Origin: an uncultured Methylomirabilota bacterium | Lineage (GTDB): Bacteria; Methylomirabilota; Methylomirabilia; Methylomirabilales; 2-02-FULL-66-22 | DNA length: 64,000 nt | Assembly (NCBI GenBank): GCA_963705305.1 | Contig: OY970067.1 | Coordinates: forward strand, 4,576,001-4,640,000 | Direction: 5' to 3' | Shown: piece by piece, positions 48,306 through 57,741 of the stretch | Layout: each line of letters begins with the position of its first letter | How positions within the stretch are numbered: position 1 is the first letter of the stretch | Notes under the pieces: model-generated | Databases searched by the model: none | What the model was told of the DNA's origin: nothing | The model's input: only the letters and a program-made list of their open reading frames with translations | Program-made: the position numbers and the translations under genes

Positions 48306-49477
48306 GGCCGGATCCCCTCCTCCTCACCAGCGATGGGCAGGAGGACACGAAACGTCGTACCCTCTCCCTGCAGGCTCTGCACCTCCACCGTCCCGCCGTG
48401 CTCTTCGACGATGCGGAGGGAGATCGGCAGGCCCAATCCGGTGCCTCCATCCTTCGTGGTGAAGAACGGATTGAACAGCTGCCCCTCCACCTCGGGAGGA
48501 ATGCCGGGCCCGTGATCGGCGACCTCCAGCACGGCTGCCGCGCGCCCGCCGCACTGCGGCGCCACGCGCTCGAACCGGGATCGAACCACCAACTCCCCTC
48601 CTCCCGGCATGGCTTCCGCGCCGTTCCGAATGAGGTTGAGGAAGACCTGCAGCAGGCGGTCCTGGTCTCCCTTTACCGCCGGGACCTCGGGGTCGTATTG
48701 CCGCACGACGCGCACACCAGCGGCACTCATGTCGGCGTCCTGAAGGCGCAGCGCTTCCTCCAGCACCTGGTGGATATTGCACGGCTGCAACCGAAGCAGG
48801 CGCGGCCCAGCAACGGTGAGAAGATCCTCGACAAGGCGATTTAGCCGATCGACCTGGCGAATGATGACCCCCGTGAACTCCCGAAGATTGGGAGGAAAGC
48901 TCGGCTCCCCCTCCAGAAGCTGCGCCGCCGCGCGGATGCCCACCAGGGGATTCCGTACCTCGTGGGCCACCCCCGCCGCCAGCACCCCCAGGGCCGCCAG
49001 GCGATTGGAACGCCCCTCTTGGCCCGCCAGCTCGCGGATGCGGGAAAGGTCCCGGAGCACCAGCACCACCCCCCGCGTCTCCCCATGCGGATCGCTGATC
49101 AGCGACGCAACCGCGCTCACAGTCAGCCGGCCCCCGTCCGCCCGAATCAGGGGCGCGTCGAAATCGCCGTGGCTTCTCCCCACAGCGACCGTCTTGGCGA
49201 GCAGGCTCGCCAGTGGGGCGGGCGGCGGGAAGATCTCCCCGATGGTTCGTTTGACCACCTGCGATCGCGAGAAGCCCGTCAACTCTTCGGCGGCGGGGTT
49301 GATGGACACAATCCGCCCCTCGGGATCCAGGAGGATCACGCCGTCCTGCAGGCTCGAAATCAGATCCTCATGGTGTGCGCGGAGCTCCTGGAGGGCGGCG
49401 GCAAGGTCTGCATTCTGCCGCTCCAGTGTCGCCAGTCGCTCTCGAAGCTCTCTGGTGGGATGTCGCGCAGTCATCAC
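48302..49477 (-). CDS. ntrB: NtrB-type PAS histidine kinase
   Basis: PAS (INPAAEEL), H-box AHEVRNPLVGIRAAAQLL, N-box NLIRNG, DHGPGI, FNPFFTTK, GTGLGL; no TM segment. Confidence 0.82.
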   Translation of the reverse strand: MMTARHPTRELRERLATLERQNADLAAALQELRAHHEDLISSLQDGVILLDPEGRIVSINPAAEELTGFSRSQVVKRTIGEIFPPPAPLASLLAKTVAVGRSHGDFDAPLIRADGGRLTVSAVASLISDPHGETRGVVLVLRDLSRIRELAGQEGRSNRLAALGVLAAGVAHEVRNPLVGIRAAAQLLEGEPSFPPNLREFTGVIIRQVDRLNRLVEDLLTVAGPRLLRLQPCNIHQVLEEALRLQDADMSAAGVRVVRQYDPEVPAVKGDQDRLLQVFLNLIRNGAEAMPGGGELVVRSRFERVAPQCGGRAAAVLEVADHGPGIPPEVEGQLFNPFFTTKDGGTGLGLPISLRIVEEHGGTVEVQSLQGEGTTFRVLLPIAGEEEGIRP

Positions 49478-49967
49478 CTTTCCGGGGAATCGGAGACCGT
49501 CCGGACTCCATCGGTCACGTCATGGTGCTTTCCAGGCAGCCCCACGGCACGCCGGCCGGATCGCCACCGGGGGAGTGCGGCATTCTGGCGCCGGCAAGCC
49601 TCTCGCAACGGTGAGAAGCCGAGGCCGGCGGACCAGCGGAGCAGGAGCCCGGAAGACGACCACACCCCGTGGGCCGAGGTCTTCACCCGGCTCTTGGCGC
49701 AGGGTTCAAGGGGCACGGTGACTCATTATATGCTGGGACACGAATACTTCAAGGCGCAAATATGTCCCGAAACATCCCGGCCCTGGGCGCCTTTCGGCTC
49801 CGGGGGAAGAGGGGGATCGGGAATTTTTGACCAGGGCGATGGAGCGTGCGCTTGACAGCTCCACCCGTCGCGAGGTACTCAGGCCCGGAGTGAGCGAGCA
49901 AACAGCGAAACGGACTGCTCCCCGTCGCCGGACGCCCCCCGCCTCGGACAACTCTGCGGGGACGCTC

Positions 49968-51818
49968 TCAGGACGGAACGGACGCATCGCTCGCCGGACC
50001 TTGAGGTGAGGCATCTCCCGCCGCGCCGGCCAGCAGCTCGGCCCGCTCAACTAGACTCCGGATCTCATCCAGGCCGCGTTGCCAAAACGCGCGATCGTGA
50101 ATGTCCACCCCCAGGGCCCGCAGAAGGTCCTCGGGCGCAGCGGACCCTCCCGCCTCCAGCAGGCGGAGATACCTGGGTACGAACGCCCTGCCCTCCTCCT
50201 TGTACTGCCGGTACAGCGACAGCACCAGCAGCTCGCCGAAGACGTAGCTGTAACAGTAGAAGCGGGTGTGGATGAAGTGGGGGATATAGGACCACCCCCA
50301 GCGGTATCCATCGGGGATCTCCACGGCATCCCCGTAGTAGGGACGGTTGGTCTCGAGCCATACGGCGGCGACCGCATCCGTCGTGAGCCGTCCCACCCGC
50401 CGCCGGGCGAAGACGGCCTGCTCGAATCGGGTGAGCACATTCTGACGAAACACCGTGGCGCAGCTATCCTCGATCTTCGCGCACACGAGCGCCAGCTGCA
50501 CGCGGGGATTCTCCTGCGCCTCCACCAGATGGTCGAAGAGCAGGAACTCGCCGAACACCGAGGCCGTCTCGGCCAGCGTCAGGGGAGCATCGTAATTGAA
50601 GTAGGTCTGCGGTCGGGACAGCCAGCCGTGCAGCCCGTGTCCCAGCTCGTGGGCCAGCGTCATCACATCCCGGGGATTGTCGGTATAATTGCACAGGATA
50701 TACGGGTGGAGGGCTGGGCTGGGCGAAGCGCAGAACGCCCCGTCCTGCTTCCCCGGCCGGATCTCCGCGTCGATCCACTTCTGGTCGAAAAACCGCCGCG
50801 CGATCTCCTGAAACACCTCCGAGAAGGCCCCGAACGCCTGCAAGATCACCTCTCGCGCCTGGTCGAACGGCAACGACGGCAGCTCTGCGGTCAGCGGGGC
50901 GTACTGATCGTAGAGCGCCAGCCGCGGCAGGCCGAGCAGCCGGGCCTTCAGGCGAAAGTAGCGTTGAGCCGTCTCGTAATTCGCCTCGGTCGCGGCCATC
51001 ATCTGCTCCACCGCTTGGTCGTCGATCTCGTTGCTGAGGTGGCGCTCGGCCATGGGATGGGGGAATCGGCGCAACCGATCCGTGGTCAGCTGATCTTGGA
51101 CCAGCGTGTCGTAGACGAACGTCAGGACGAGATCCTGCCTCGACAGCTCCTGGAACAACGCCTCGTGGGCCCGCCGGCGAATGCCCCGGTCCGGATCGTG
51201 GACCAGTGCCAGCACCTCGCTCAGCGTCAGGCGCTCCTCCTGGCCGTTTCGGCTGAGGGGAAACCTCAAGTCGGCGATGAGCTCCGTGAAGAGCCGTCCG
51301 AAGGCCCGACGGCCGGTGTTGTCCCGCTCGTTAAGGAGCTGCTCCTCCGCCTCGGAAAGGATGTGCGGCCGCATCCTGCGCGCCTGCCGGAGATGGTGGG
51401 CATAGTTGGCCAGGAGGGGATGGCCGGCCAGACGATCGGCCGTCTCGTCCGGAAGCTCCAGCCACTCCAGGTCGAAAAAAAGGACGCGGTTCCCGATGTC
51501 GGTGGCACGCAGCTCGACCCGCTCGCGGAGGTCGCGATAGGCCGGCCGAGCGGTATCCGAGGCGTAGAGCAGCCCGGCATACGCTCCAACCCGCTCGAGG
51601 TCCGCCTGCAGTCCCTCAAGCTCTTGGAGTGCGGACAAGAGGCACTCCGGCGACGGGCCGCCGGTGACTCGAATGCTGTCGCGATATCGGCGGGCGAACG
51701 ATTCGGCCCGCTGCTGGCAGTCTGCTAGAGCGGCCGTGATGTGTGGATCTTCGGGCGAGGCGAACAGGTCGCCGAGATCCCATCGAACCCCGGCAGCACT
51801 TCGAGTCTTGGCAGCCAT
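49968..51818 (-). CDS. pepF: M3B oligoendopeptidase F
   Basis: WDLGDLF, WIDAEIRPGKQDGAFC, TLAHELGHGLH, AETASVFGE, WSYIPHF, FYCYSY. Confidence 0.92.
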   Translation of the reverse strand: MAAKTRSAAGVRWDLGDLFASPEDPHITAALADCQQRAESFARRYRDSIRVTGGPSPECLLSALQELEGLQADLERVGAYAGLLYASDTARPAYRDLRERVELRATDIGNRVLFFDLEWLELPDETADRLAGHPLLANYAHHLRQARRMRPHILSEAEEQLLNERDNTGRRAFGRLFTELIADLRFPLSRNGQEERLTLSEVLALVHDPDRGIRRRAHEALFQELSRQDLVLTFVYDTLVQDQLTTDRLRRFPHPMAERHLSNEIDDQAVEQMMAATEANYETAQRYFRLKARLLGLPRLALYDQYAPLTAELPSLPFDQAREVILQAFGAFSEVFQEIARRFFDQKWIDAEIRPGKQDGAFCASPSPALHPYILCNYTDNPRDVMTLAHELGHGLHGWLSRPQTYFNYDAPLTLAETASVFGEFLLFDHLVEAQENPRVQLALVCAKIEDSCATVFRQNVLTRFEQAVFARRRVGRLTTDAVAAVWLETNRPYYGDAVEIPDGYRWGWSYIPHFIHTRFYCYSYVFGELLVLSLYRQYKEEGRAFVPRYLRLLEAGGSAAPEDLLRALGVDIHDRAFWQRGLDEIRSLVERAELLAGAAGDASPQGPASDASVPS

Positions 51819-52179
51819 GCGGCGCTCCTGTTCCGCGAGGTGGAAGCCGGCAGACGCGTCTCCTGCAGCCCGTATCGGATGCCGCGGCCCATTGGCCTGG
51901 ACGGGCGGCGCACCCGCTCCGGGGGCTATTGTAATGGCGGAGACCCCTCTCCGCAATCGGGCCCGGCCCGGACGACCCCATTCCGAAGATATCTCACCGC
52001 CAAGACACCAAGGGAAAATTCGAATTTCGAAATAGAAAGGGGTGCCCTTGGCGTCAGGGCGGTCGAAGCGCTCTATCGGTTCACAGGAGATTCCCGACCC
52101 CCCGGAGCATTCTACCTGCAGTTTCCCGGCAGGGTGTGGTATGGTCTGGTAGCGCGGCCCTAGATGCGGGCCGAGGAGC

Positions 52180-53232
52180 GTGCGCGTGCCGGAGCTGCCT
52201 GGCGAACTGCGGTCCGTGCTCAAGCAGGTCAGTCGCTCTTTTTTTCTGACACTGTCCGTCCTGCCCTCTTCGCTTCGGCTGCCGGTCGGGCTGGCCTATC
52301 TCCTGGCGAGGACGGCCGACACCATTGCGGACACCCGATTGGTCTCCCGGGCGGACCGCCTGGCGCATCTCGATCGCCTGCTGCGGGAAATCGACGGCTC
52401 CGCCCCGTCCCGCGCCGGCGTGATCGGGGATGCGATCGCCGACCGCCAGCCGGTTACGGCCGAGCGCGAGCTATTGCGGTGCCTCCCCCGGAGCCTCGTG
52501 GTCCTTGAGGCGCTGCCCCTCCACGACCGGGCCCACATCCGGGCCCTCCTGCAGACGCTGATTCACGGGATGCAACGGGAATTGCGTATCTTCCCCGGGG
52601 AGGACGAGGGCCGCGTGGTTGCGCTGGAATCCTCTCAGGAGCTTGATCGGCACACCTACTTTGCAGCCGGATGCGTCGGCGAGTTCTGGACGCAGATCGC
52701 CGTGGACCACCGTCCGGCGCTCCGCGCGTGGGACATCCAGCTCATGACCCGCCGGGGCGTTCGCTTCGGTCAGGGGCTGCAGATGACCAACGTGCTCCGG
52801 GACCTCGCCCAGGACCTTCGGATCGGACGGTGCTACCTCCCCCGCGAAGCTCTGGCGACGCTCGGTTTGGCGCCGCCGGATCTCCTGCGTCCTGGCGCCA
52901 TCGATTCCCTCCGGCCTCTGCTGTGGGATCTCCTGGTGGAAACGCTGGAGCTGTATGCGGAGGGGTGGGCCTACCTGATAGCCATTCCGCCCCGCGAAGT
53001 GCGTATGCGCCTCGCGTGCGCCTGGCCGCTGCTCATCGGGCTTCGCACGCTCGAACGCATCGCCGTGGCGGGAGACCTCTTAGAACCGCAGATCCGCGTC
53101 AAGATCCCCCGATCGGCCGTCTACGGGATTCTGGCTCGATCTTCGATCCTTGTCCTTTCGAGCCGGGGGCTGGAGCTCTATTATCGGAAGCACCGGGACC
53201 GGGTGCGCATGCTCGCGGCGGTGGACCGCTGA
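52180..53232 (+). CDS. Squalene/phytoene synthase family (farnesyl-diphosphate farnesyltransferase-like)
   Basis: VSRSF, YLLARTADTIAD, YFAAGCVGEFWT, GLQMTNVLRD...D...GRCYLP. Confidence 0.9.
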   Translation: MRVPELPGELRSVLKQVSRSFFLTLSVLPSSLRLPVGLAYLLARTADTIADTRLVSRADRLAHLDRLLREIDGSAPSRAGVIGDAIADRQPVTAERELLRCLPRSLVVLEALPLHDRAHIRALLQTLIHGMQRELRIFPGEDEGRVVALESSQELDRHTYFAAGCVGEFWTQIAVDHRPALRAWDIQLMTRRGVRFGQGLQMTNVLRDLAQDLRIGRCYLPREALATLGLAPPDLLRPGAIDSLRPLLWDLLVETLELYAEGWAYLIAIPPREVRMRLACAWPLLIGLRTLERIAVAGDLLEPQIRVKIPRSAVYGILARSSILVLSSRGLELYYRKHRDRVRMLAAVDR

Positions 53233-53298
53233 CGCCAAAAGCGACGGCGAGGCCGGGAGCGCGCTCACGAGTGGAGGCCGCGGCAGGGCACCAGTCGG

Positions 53299-53721
53299 AT
53301 GGAGGCAGACGTGTGTGCAACTGAGGCATCGCCCAAAATCACCGGAATTTTGGAGACCGTGCTGTACGTCTCCGACATTGATCGCGCCGAGCGCTTCTAC
53401 CTGGAAGTGATGGGGTTGACGCAGATCGGGAAGGAGCCAGGACGACACGTCTTCTTCCGCGTGGGATCCGGGGTGCTGCTGCTGTTCCGCGCGGAGCGGA
53501 CCCGGCGCACCACCAGCCTGCCACCGCACGGGGCCGACGGCGAGATTCACGTCTGCTTTACCGCGTCGCCCCTCGAGTACGAGAGCTGGAAAACACGGAT
53601 TGCAGACCGCGGCATCGCCCTGCTGCAAGAGACCGAGTGGCCGCGGGGCCGCTCCTTCTACTTCCGCGATCCAGACGGAAACCTGCTGGAGATCGCCGAC
53701 GCGGATATTTGGCCGCGCTGA
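53299..53721 (+). CDS. VOC/glyoxalase family protein
   Basis: ETVLYVSDI..AERFY, HVCF, SFYFRDPDGNLLE. Confidence 0.88.
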   Translation: MEADVCATEASPKITGILETVLYVSDIDRAERFYLEVMGLTQIGKEPGRHVFFRVGSGVLLLFRAERTRRTTSLPPHGADGEIHVCFTASPLEYESWKTRIADRGIALLQETEWPRGRSFYFRDPDGNLLEIADADIWPR

Positions 53722-53728
53722 TCCGCCC

Positions 53729-54067
53729 ATGCCAGAGCACACCGCCCGCTGTCCCGGCTGCTGCCGCACCTACCCGCGAGACACCCCTGCCTGTCCCGTG
53801 TGCGGACTGGCCCTCCAGCCCGGCCCCGTACGCGTGCCCGAGCCTCCCGCGACCGTTGTGTTCGAAAGCTGGGATCGCGCCTCCGTCGATATCGTCGTAT
53901 CGCTTCTGGGGGCGCACGGACTCGGCTGCCTCGTTCGCGGGACAGCCGGAGATCAGCCTTTCGGCGTCGGTCCGGCGGGTTTCTGGCGGGTGTTTGTCCG
54001 GGCCTCGGACGAGTTCAGGGCCCAAGAGATCCTGGATGCGGAGATCGGCCGGGACGAGGAATCCTGA
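53729..54067 (+). CDS. Zinc-ribbon plus DUF2007-like protein
   Basis: CPGC...CPVC followed by [11 protein letters not shown]...[15 protein letters not shown]. Confidence 0.7.
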   Translation: MPEHTARCPGCCRTYPRDTPACPVCGLALQPGPVRVPEPPATVVFESWDRASVDIVVSLLGAHGLGCLVRGTAGDQPFGVGPAGFWRVFVRASDEFRAQEILDAEIGRDEES

Positions 54068-54120
54068 CGCTGCAGTCCTGGCGGCCTGGTGAGAACCGGT
54101 CCGGAATTCTCAGGCAAAGG

Positions 54121-54258
54121 CGCAAAGGGCGCCAAGGGGGGAAAGACGGAGTATCGGGGAAACGGAGCCACGGAGAGAGGGCACGCCCACCTATTCCCCG
54201 GTTCACCGATACCCCGGCTCCCCGGTTCCTCCGTGCAGCGTGCTTGGCGGTCTTTGCG
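54121..54258. repeat. Nested REP-like palindrome with internal 8-bp tandem repeats
   Basis: CGCAAAGGGCGCCAAG (54121) pairs with CTTGGCGGTCTTTGCG (54243); inside lie ACGGAG repeats and TCCCCGGT/TCACCGAT/ACCCCGGC/TCCCCGGT. Confidence 0.65.
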
Positions 54259-54288
54259 TGTGGCCAGATGTGAAGCTTTCCCGTCTGG

Positions 54289-54441
54289 CAGGGTGCTGAA
54301 ACACTCGTCTTCGCTCAGGCTGCTCAAAAAAGCCCAAATGCAAGGCGCCGCGCGATCCGAGGCGCGAGGCGTACTTACCACGTACGTTGCAGCGCCGCGG
54401 GAGCGCGGCAACGCCGCAGATGGGCCTTTTTCAGCAGCCTG
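54289..54441. repeat. MITE-like inverted-repeat element, copy 3
   Basis: CAGGCTGCTCAAAAAAGCCCAAATGC ... GCAGATGGGCCTTTTTCAGCAGCCTG with outer end CAGGGTGCTGAAA; lacks the internal CCCATCC/GGATGGG hairpin. Confidence 0.85.
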
Positions 54442-55732
54442 CTGAACGTCCGCGCGTCGCAGGACCAGGCAGTCGTTGTGGCCCCCGAAGCCGAAGGAGT
54501 TCGAGAGCGCGACGGTCACTGCGGCGGGCCGTGCGCGGCCGGGCACATAGTCCAGGTCGCACAGGGGGTCGGGGGTCTCGTAGTTGATCGTCGGAGGCAG
54601 GACCTGATCGCGAAGCGCCAGGATGCAGGTGATGGCCTCGATGGCGCCGGCGGCGGACACGGTGTGGCCCAGCATGGATTTCGTAGAGCTGACCGGGATC
54701 TGGGCGGCCCGGTCGCCGAAGAAGGTCTTGATGGCGAGGGTTTCCACGCGGTCGTTCATCTGGGTCGAACGTCCCGTGTGCATTGATGTACCCAACGTCC
54801 TCCATGTCGAGGCCGGCGCTTTCGAGCGTGCGCTGCATGGCCAAGACAGCTCCCCTCCCCTCGGGGTCCTCGTCCGTGAGGCGATAGGCATCGCAGGACG
54901 TCCCGTAGCCCGCCAGCTCGCATAAGATCGGCGCCCCTCGCCCTTGGGCCAGATCCATGCGCTCCAGGACGAGCACCCCGCCCCCCTCGCCCAGCACGAA
55001 ACCGTCTCGGTTCGCGTCGAACGGACGACTGGCCCGTTCCGGCTCATCGTTTCGCGTGGAAAGGACGCCCAGCAAGGAGAACATCATCATATGGTCCGGG
55101 GTCACCAGGCACTCCGCCCCTCCGGTGATGGCCCGGTCGATGGCACCGCGTCGAATCGCGCGGTAAGCCTCTCCGATCGCCTGGGCCGAAGACGTGCAGG
55201 CGGTCTGGATGGTGCAGGTGAGCCCCGTCGCCCCGAAACGTTGCGCCAGCGCCGCCGTCGTGTGTTGGGAGAGCAGCCGGTGCAGCTGCCGTCCCCGGAG
55301 CGTTCGGCAGTACGTGTCGAAGAACGCCGCCGGGGCGATCTCCGAGACCCCGGCCGGCCTGGACTGCAGGGCGATGTCTCCGATCCGGCCCATGTCCAGC
55401 TTGTCCCCGTAGGTCCCGAAAATCACGCCGACCCGATCCCCCGCCAGGCTCGAATCCCACCCCGAATTCTGCGAGGCCATCTCGCCGGCGATCAGGGCAA
55501 ACAGCAGGGATCGCGGGACGTCCGGCGGCAGCCCGAGGACATCCCTCCAGCCGGCAAGCATTTCGGCCTCGTGAACGTACGAGGCAATTCTGGCCGGAAG
55601 CCCCGAAGCGTCGAAGTGACGTACGGGCCCGATCCCGGTTTCGCCCGCCCGGCAGGCCTTCCAATACGGCTCGACGCCGATTCCGATGGGGGTGACGATT
55701 CCGATGCCAGTCACCGCGATACGTACAGCCAT
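54442..55732 (-). CDS. fabF: Beta-ketoacyl-ACP synthase (FabF-type, catalytic KS); +1 frameshift near 54768, 3' end uncertain
   Basis: TACTSS (Cys), [23 protein letters not shown] split by an extra base, [23 protein letters not shown]. Confidence 0.88.
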
Positions 55733-55768
55733 TCGCCGCTCACCCCGCCGTGCAACCGCCCACACCCT

Positions 55769-56518
55769 TCAGGCCGTCAGGGTGTACCCCCCATCCACGA
55801 CCAGGATCTGCCCGCGAATCATCTCGGCCTGCGGGCTGACCAGGAAGAGGACCGCCTCTGCGATGTCGGCAGGCATCGTGATCCGGCCGGCCGGGGTTCG
55901 GCGCCGGATCTCCTCCAGCTGGGAATCCACTTCGGGCAGCTGCTGCCAGGAGTCCGTGGCCACCGCACCGCCCGAGACCGCGTTGACGGAGATGCCCTGC
56001 GGGGCCAGCTCGACCGCCAAGTATCGGGTCAACGTCTCGAGCGCGCCCTTGCACGCGCCCATGCCCGCATACTGCGGAATCGCGCGCTGCGAGCCGATGC
56101 TGCTGATCGCCACGATCCTCCCCCGCCGTCCCTGCATCAGGGGTACCGCCGCCTGCGCGCAGAGCAGCAAGGCGCGCGGATGCGTGTTCATCATCCAGTC
56201 CCAATGCTTGGCAGTCAGATCCGGCACCGGCCGGAAGACCGCCGAGGCCGCATTGCTCACCAGGATGTCCAGGCCGCCCCACTGCGCCTCGACCGCGCCG
56301 AACAGCTGTTGGATCTGGGCCGGACTCTTCATGTCGGCCTGCACCAGGTGGGCCCGAGCCCCCTGCCGCCGGATCTCCTCAGCCGTCTTTTCTGCCTCAT
56401 CGCGGTTGACGAAATAATTCACCACCACGTCCGCGCCGGCCGCCGCCAGGCGGAGGGCCACGGCCCGCCCGATGCCCCGCCCGCCCCCCGTCACCACGGC
56501 GACCTGTCCCTCAAGCAT
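55769..56518 (-). CDS. fabL: Enoyl-ACP reductase, FabL-like SDR
   Basis: TGGGRGIG, NAASAVFRP, ISSIGS, Yx6K motif YAGMGACK, ALETLTRYLAVELAP. Confidence 0.75.
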   Translation of the reverse strand: MLEGQVAVVTGGGRGIGRAVALRLAAAGADVVVNYFVNRDEAEKTAEEIRRQGARAHLVQADMKSPAQIQQLFGAVEAQWGGLDILVSNAASAVFRPVPDLTAKHWDWMMNTHPRALLLCAQAAVPLMQGRRGRIVAISSIGSQRAIPQYAGMGACKGALETLTRYLAVELAPQGISVNAVSGGAVATDSWQQLPEVDSQLEEIRRRTPAGRITMPADIAEAVLFLVSPQAEMIRGQILVVDGGYTLTA

Positions 56519-57032
56519 GGTGGGAATCTCCATGGGGGGGGCCGCCGACCTGCGCGTCTTCCTGTCCGGATGGGCCCAGCGGATCGTTGGTGAGAACCTC
56601 CCAGAAGGCCCGCATCCGATCGAGCGCCCGGGCTGCCGCGGGATCCCCGGAGGATTTCACCAGACGGTAGATCAATGTGGCCTGGACCACGGTACGATCG
56701 CCGACGGCCGCCGTGGCGCGCACCTCGGCCTCCCCTTCTGCGGCGGGCCGCATCGCGACGTGGACCTGGAGGGAGTCCCCCGGCTGGACGAAATGCCGGA
56801 ACTTGGCATTGATGACCTGCTCCAGCTTGGGGAGGCTGCGAAACCCGGCACTGCTGGCAAGCAGCAGCCGAGCCGTCTGGTCGCAGGCCTCCAAGATGAG
56901 GCAGCCGGGCATGATCGGTCGGCCCGGGAAATGGTCGGCGAAGAAGTCCTCGCTATTGCTGACGTTCTTGAGGACAACCGCTTCCGCGCCGGGCACGATC
57001 CGCAGGATTCGGTCCACCAAGAGGAAGCGCAC
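56511..57032 (-). CDS. fabZ: 3-hydroxyacyl-ACP dehydratase (FabZ family)
   Basis: MRFLLVDRI, FFADHFPGRPIMPGCLILEA, KFRHFVQPGD. Confidence 0.85.
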   Translation of the reverse strand: MRFLLVDRILRIVPGAEAVVLKNVSNSEDFFADHFPGRPIMPGCLILEACDQTARLLLASSAGFRSLPKLEQVINAKFRHFVQPGDSLQVHVAMRPAAEGEAEVRATAAVGDRTVVQATLIYRLVKSSGDPAAARALDRMRAFWEVLTNDPLGPSGQEDAQVGGPPHGDSHHA

Positions 57033-57055
57033 GGCCGCTCCGCCGGGAGTCCCCG

Positions 57056-57670
57056 TCAGTTCGGGTGCAGGCGCGGGCCCAGTTTCCCGCAGATGAAGGA
57101 GACCAAGGTTCCGAAGGTCAAGAGATCCAGCGTCCGCTCGGTGATGCGCCGCGTCCCCAAATTTGACCGCATGATGGTCAGGAGGTCCTCCCGGTCCCCA
57201 TCCGATACATCGAAGCCGATCCCGGCGAACTCCTTCAGCAGCCGGCGCAGAAGCTCCTGGCCGATCTCGTCAACGGCTGTTCCATCGACCGGGATCCCCT
57301 GCGTCGTCCGGAAGTGATCCAGGACCTTTTCGAGGCCGCCCCCCTCCAGCGGGCGCAGCTCCTCGGGGGATGTCCGGACACCGTACCGCTCCGTCAACAG
57401 GCCGCTCAGGGCCGGAAGAACCAGGGACCCCCAGGCGATGATGCGATCCCGAATTTCGGCCGCCTGGATATTCACCCCGAAGACCTGCTGGATCTGGAAG
57501 CTCATGTCCAGAAAGTCGATCGACTCGGCCCCCAGATCCCGCACCAAGGAGGCGGAAGGGGTCACCTCGTCCGGCTGAATTCCCAGGGACTCTACCAGGA
57601 TGGCGCGCAGCTCTTCCTCGACCTCGGCCCGGCGCCATACCCGACTTTGCTCTTCTTCTTTCTGGATCAT
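57056..57670 (-). CDS. Acyl carrier protein with large internal insertion (204 aa)
   Basis: LRAILVESLGI..DEV...ASLVRDLGAESIDFLD (Ppant Ser); last helix TFGTLVSFI separated by more than 100 aa. Confidence 0.8.
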   Translation of the reverse strand: MIQKEEEQSRVWRRAEVEEELRAILVESLGIQPDEVTPSASLVRDLGAESIDFLDMSFQIQQVFGVNIQAAEIRDRIIAWGSLVLPALSGLLTERYGVRTSPEELRPLEGGGLEKVLDHFRTTQGIPVDGTAVDEIGQELLRRLLKEFAGIGFDVSDGDREDLLTIMRSNLGTRRITERTLDLLTFGTLVSFICGKLGPRLHPN

Positions 57671-57741
57671 CGGTGCCTCCCTGACTACGATACTCGTGCA
57701 CATCCGGGCAGACGGACGACCGAAGAGGCTCCCACCGCCTG

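Noticed and set aside
52014..52033. Overlapping palindromes AAATTCGAATTTCGAAAT between divergent pepF and squalene synthase
   Set aside because: Could be an operator, but it is a single short AT-rich instance that cannot be tied to a regulator.
14219..54441. Repeated element as a CRISPR array or intact IS
   Set aside because: Copies are dispersed, have no spacer structure, and encode no transposase; no cas genes are present.
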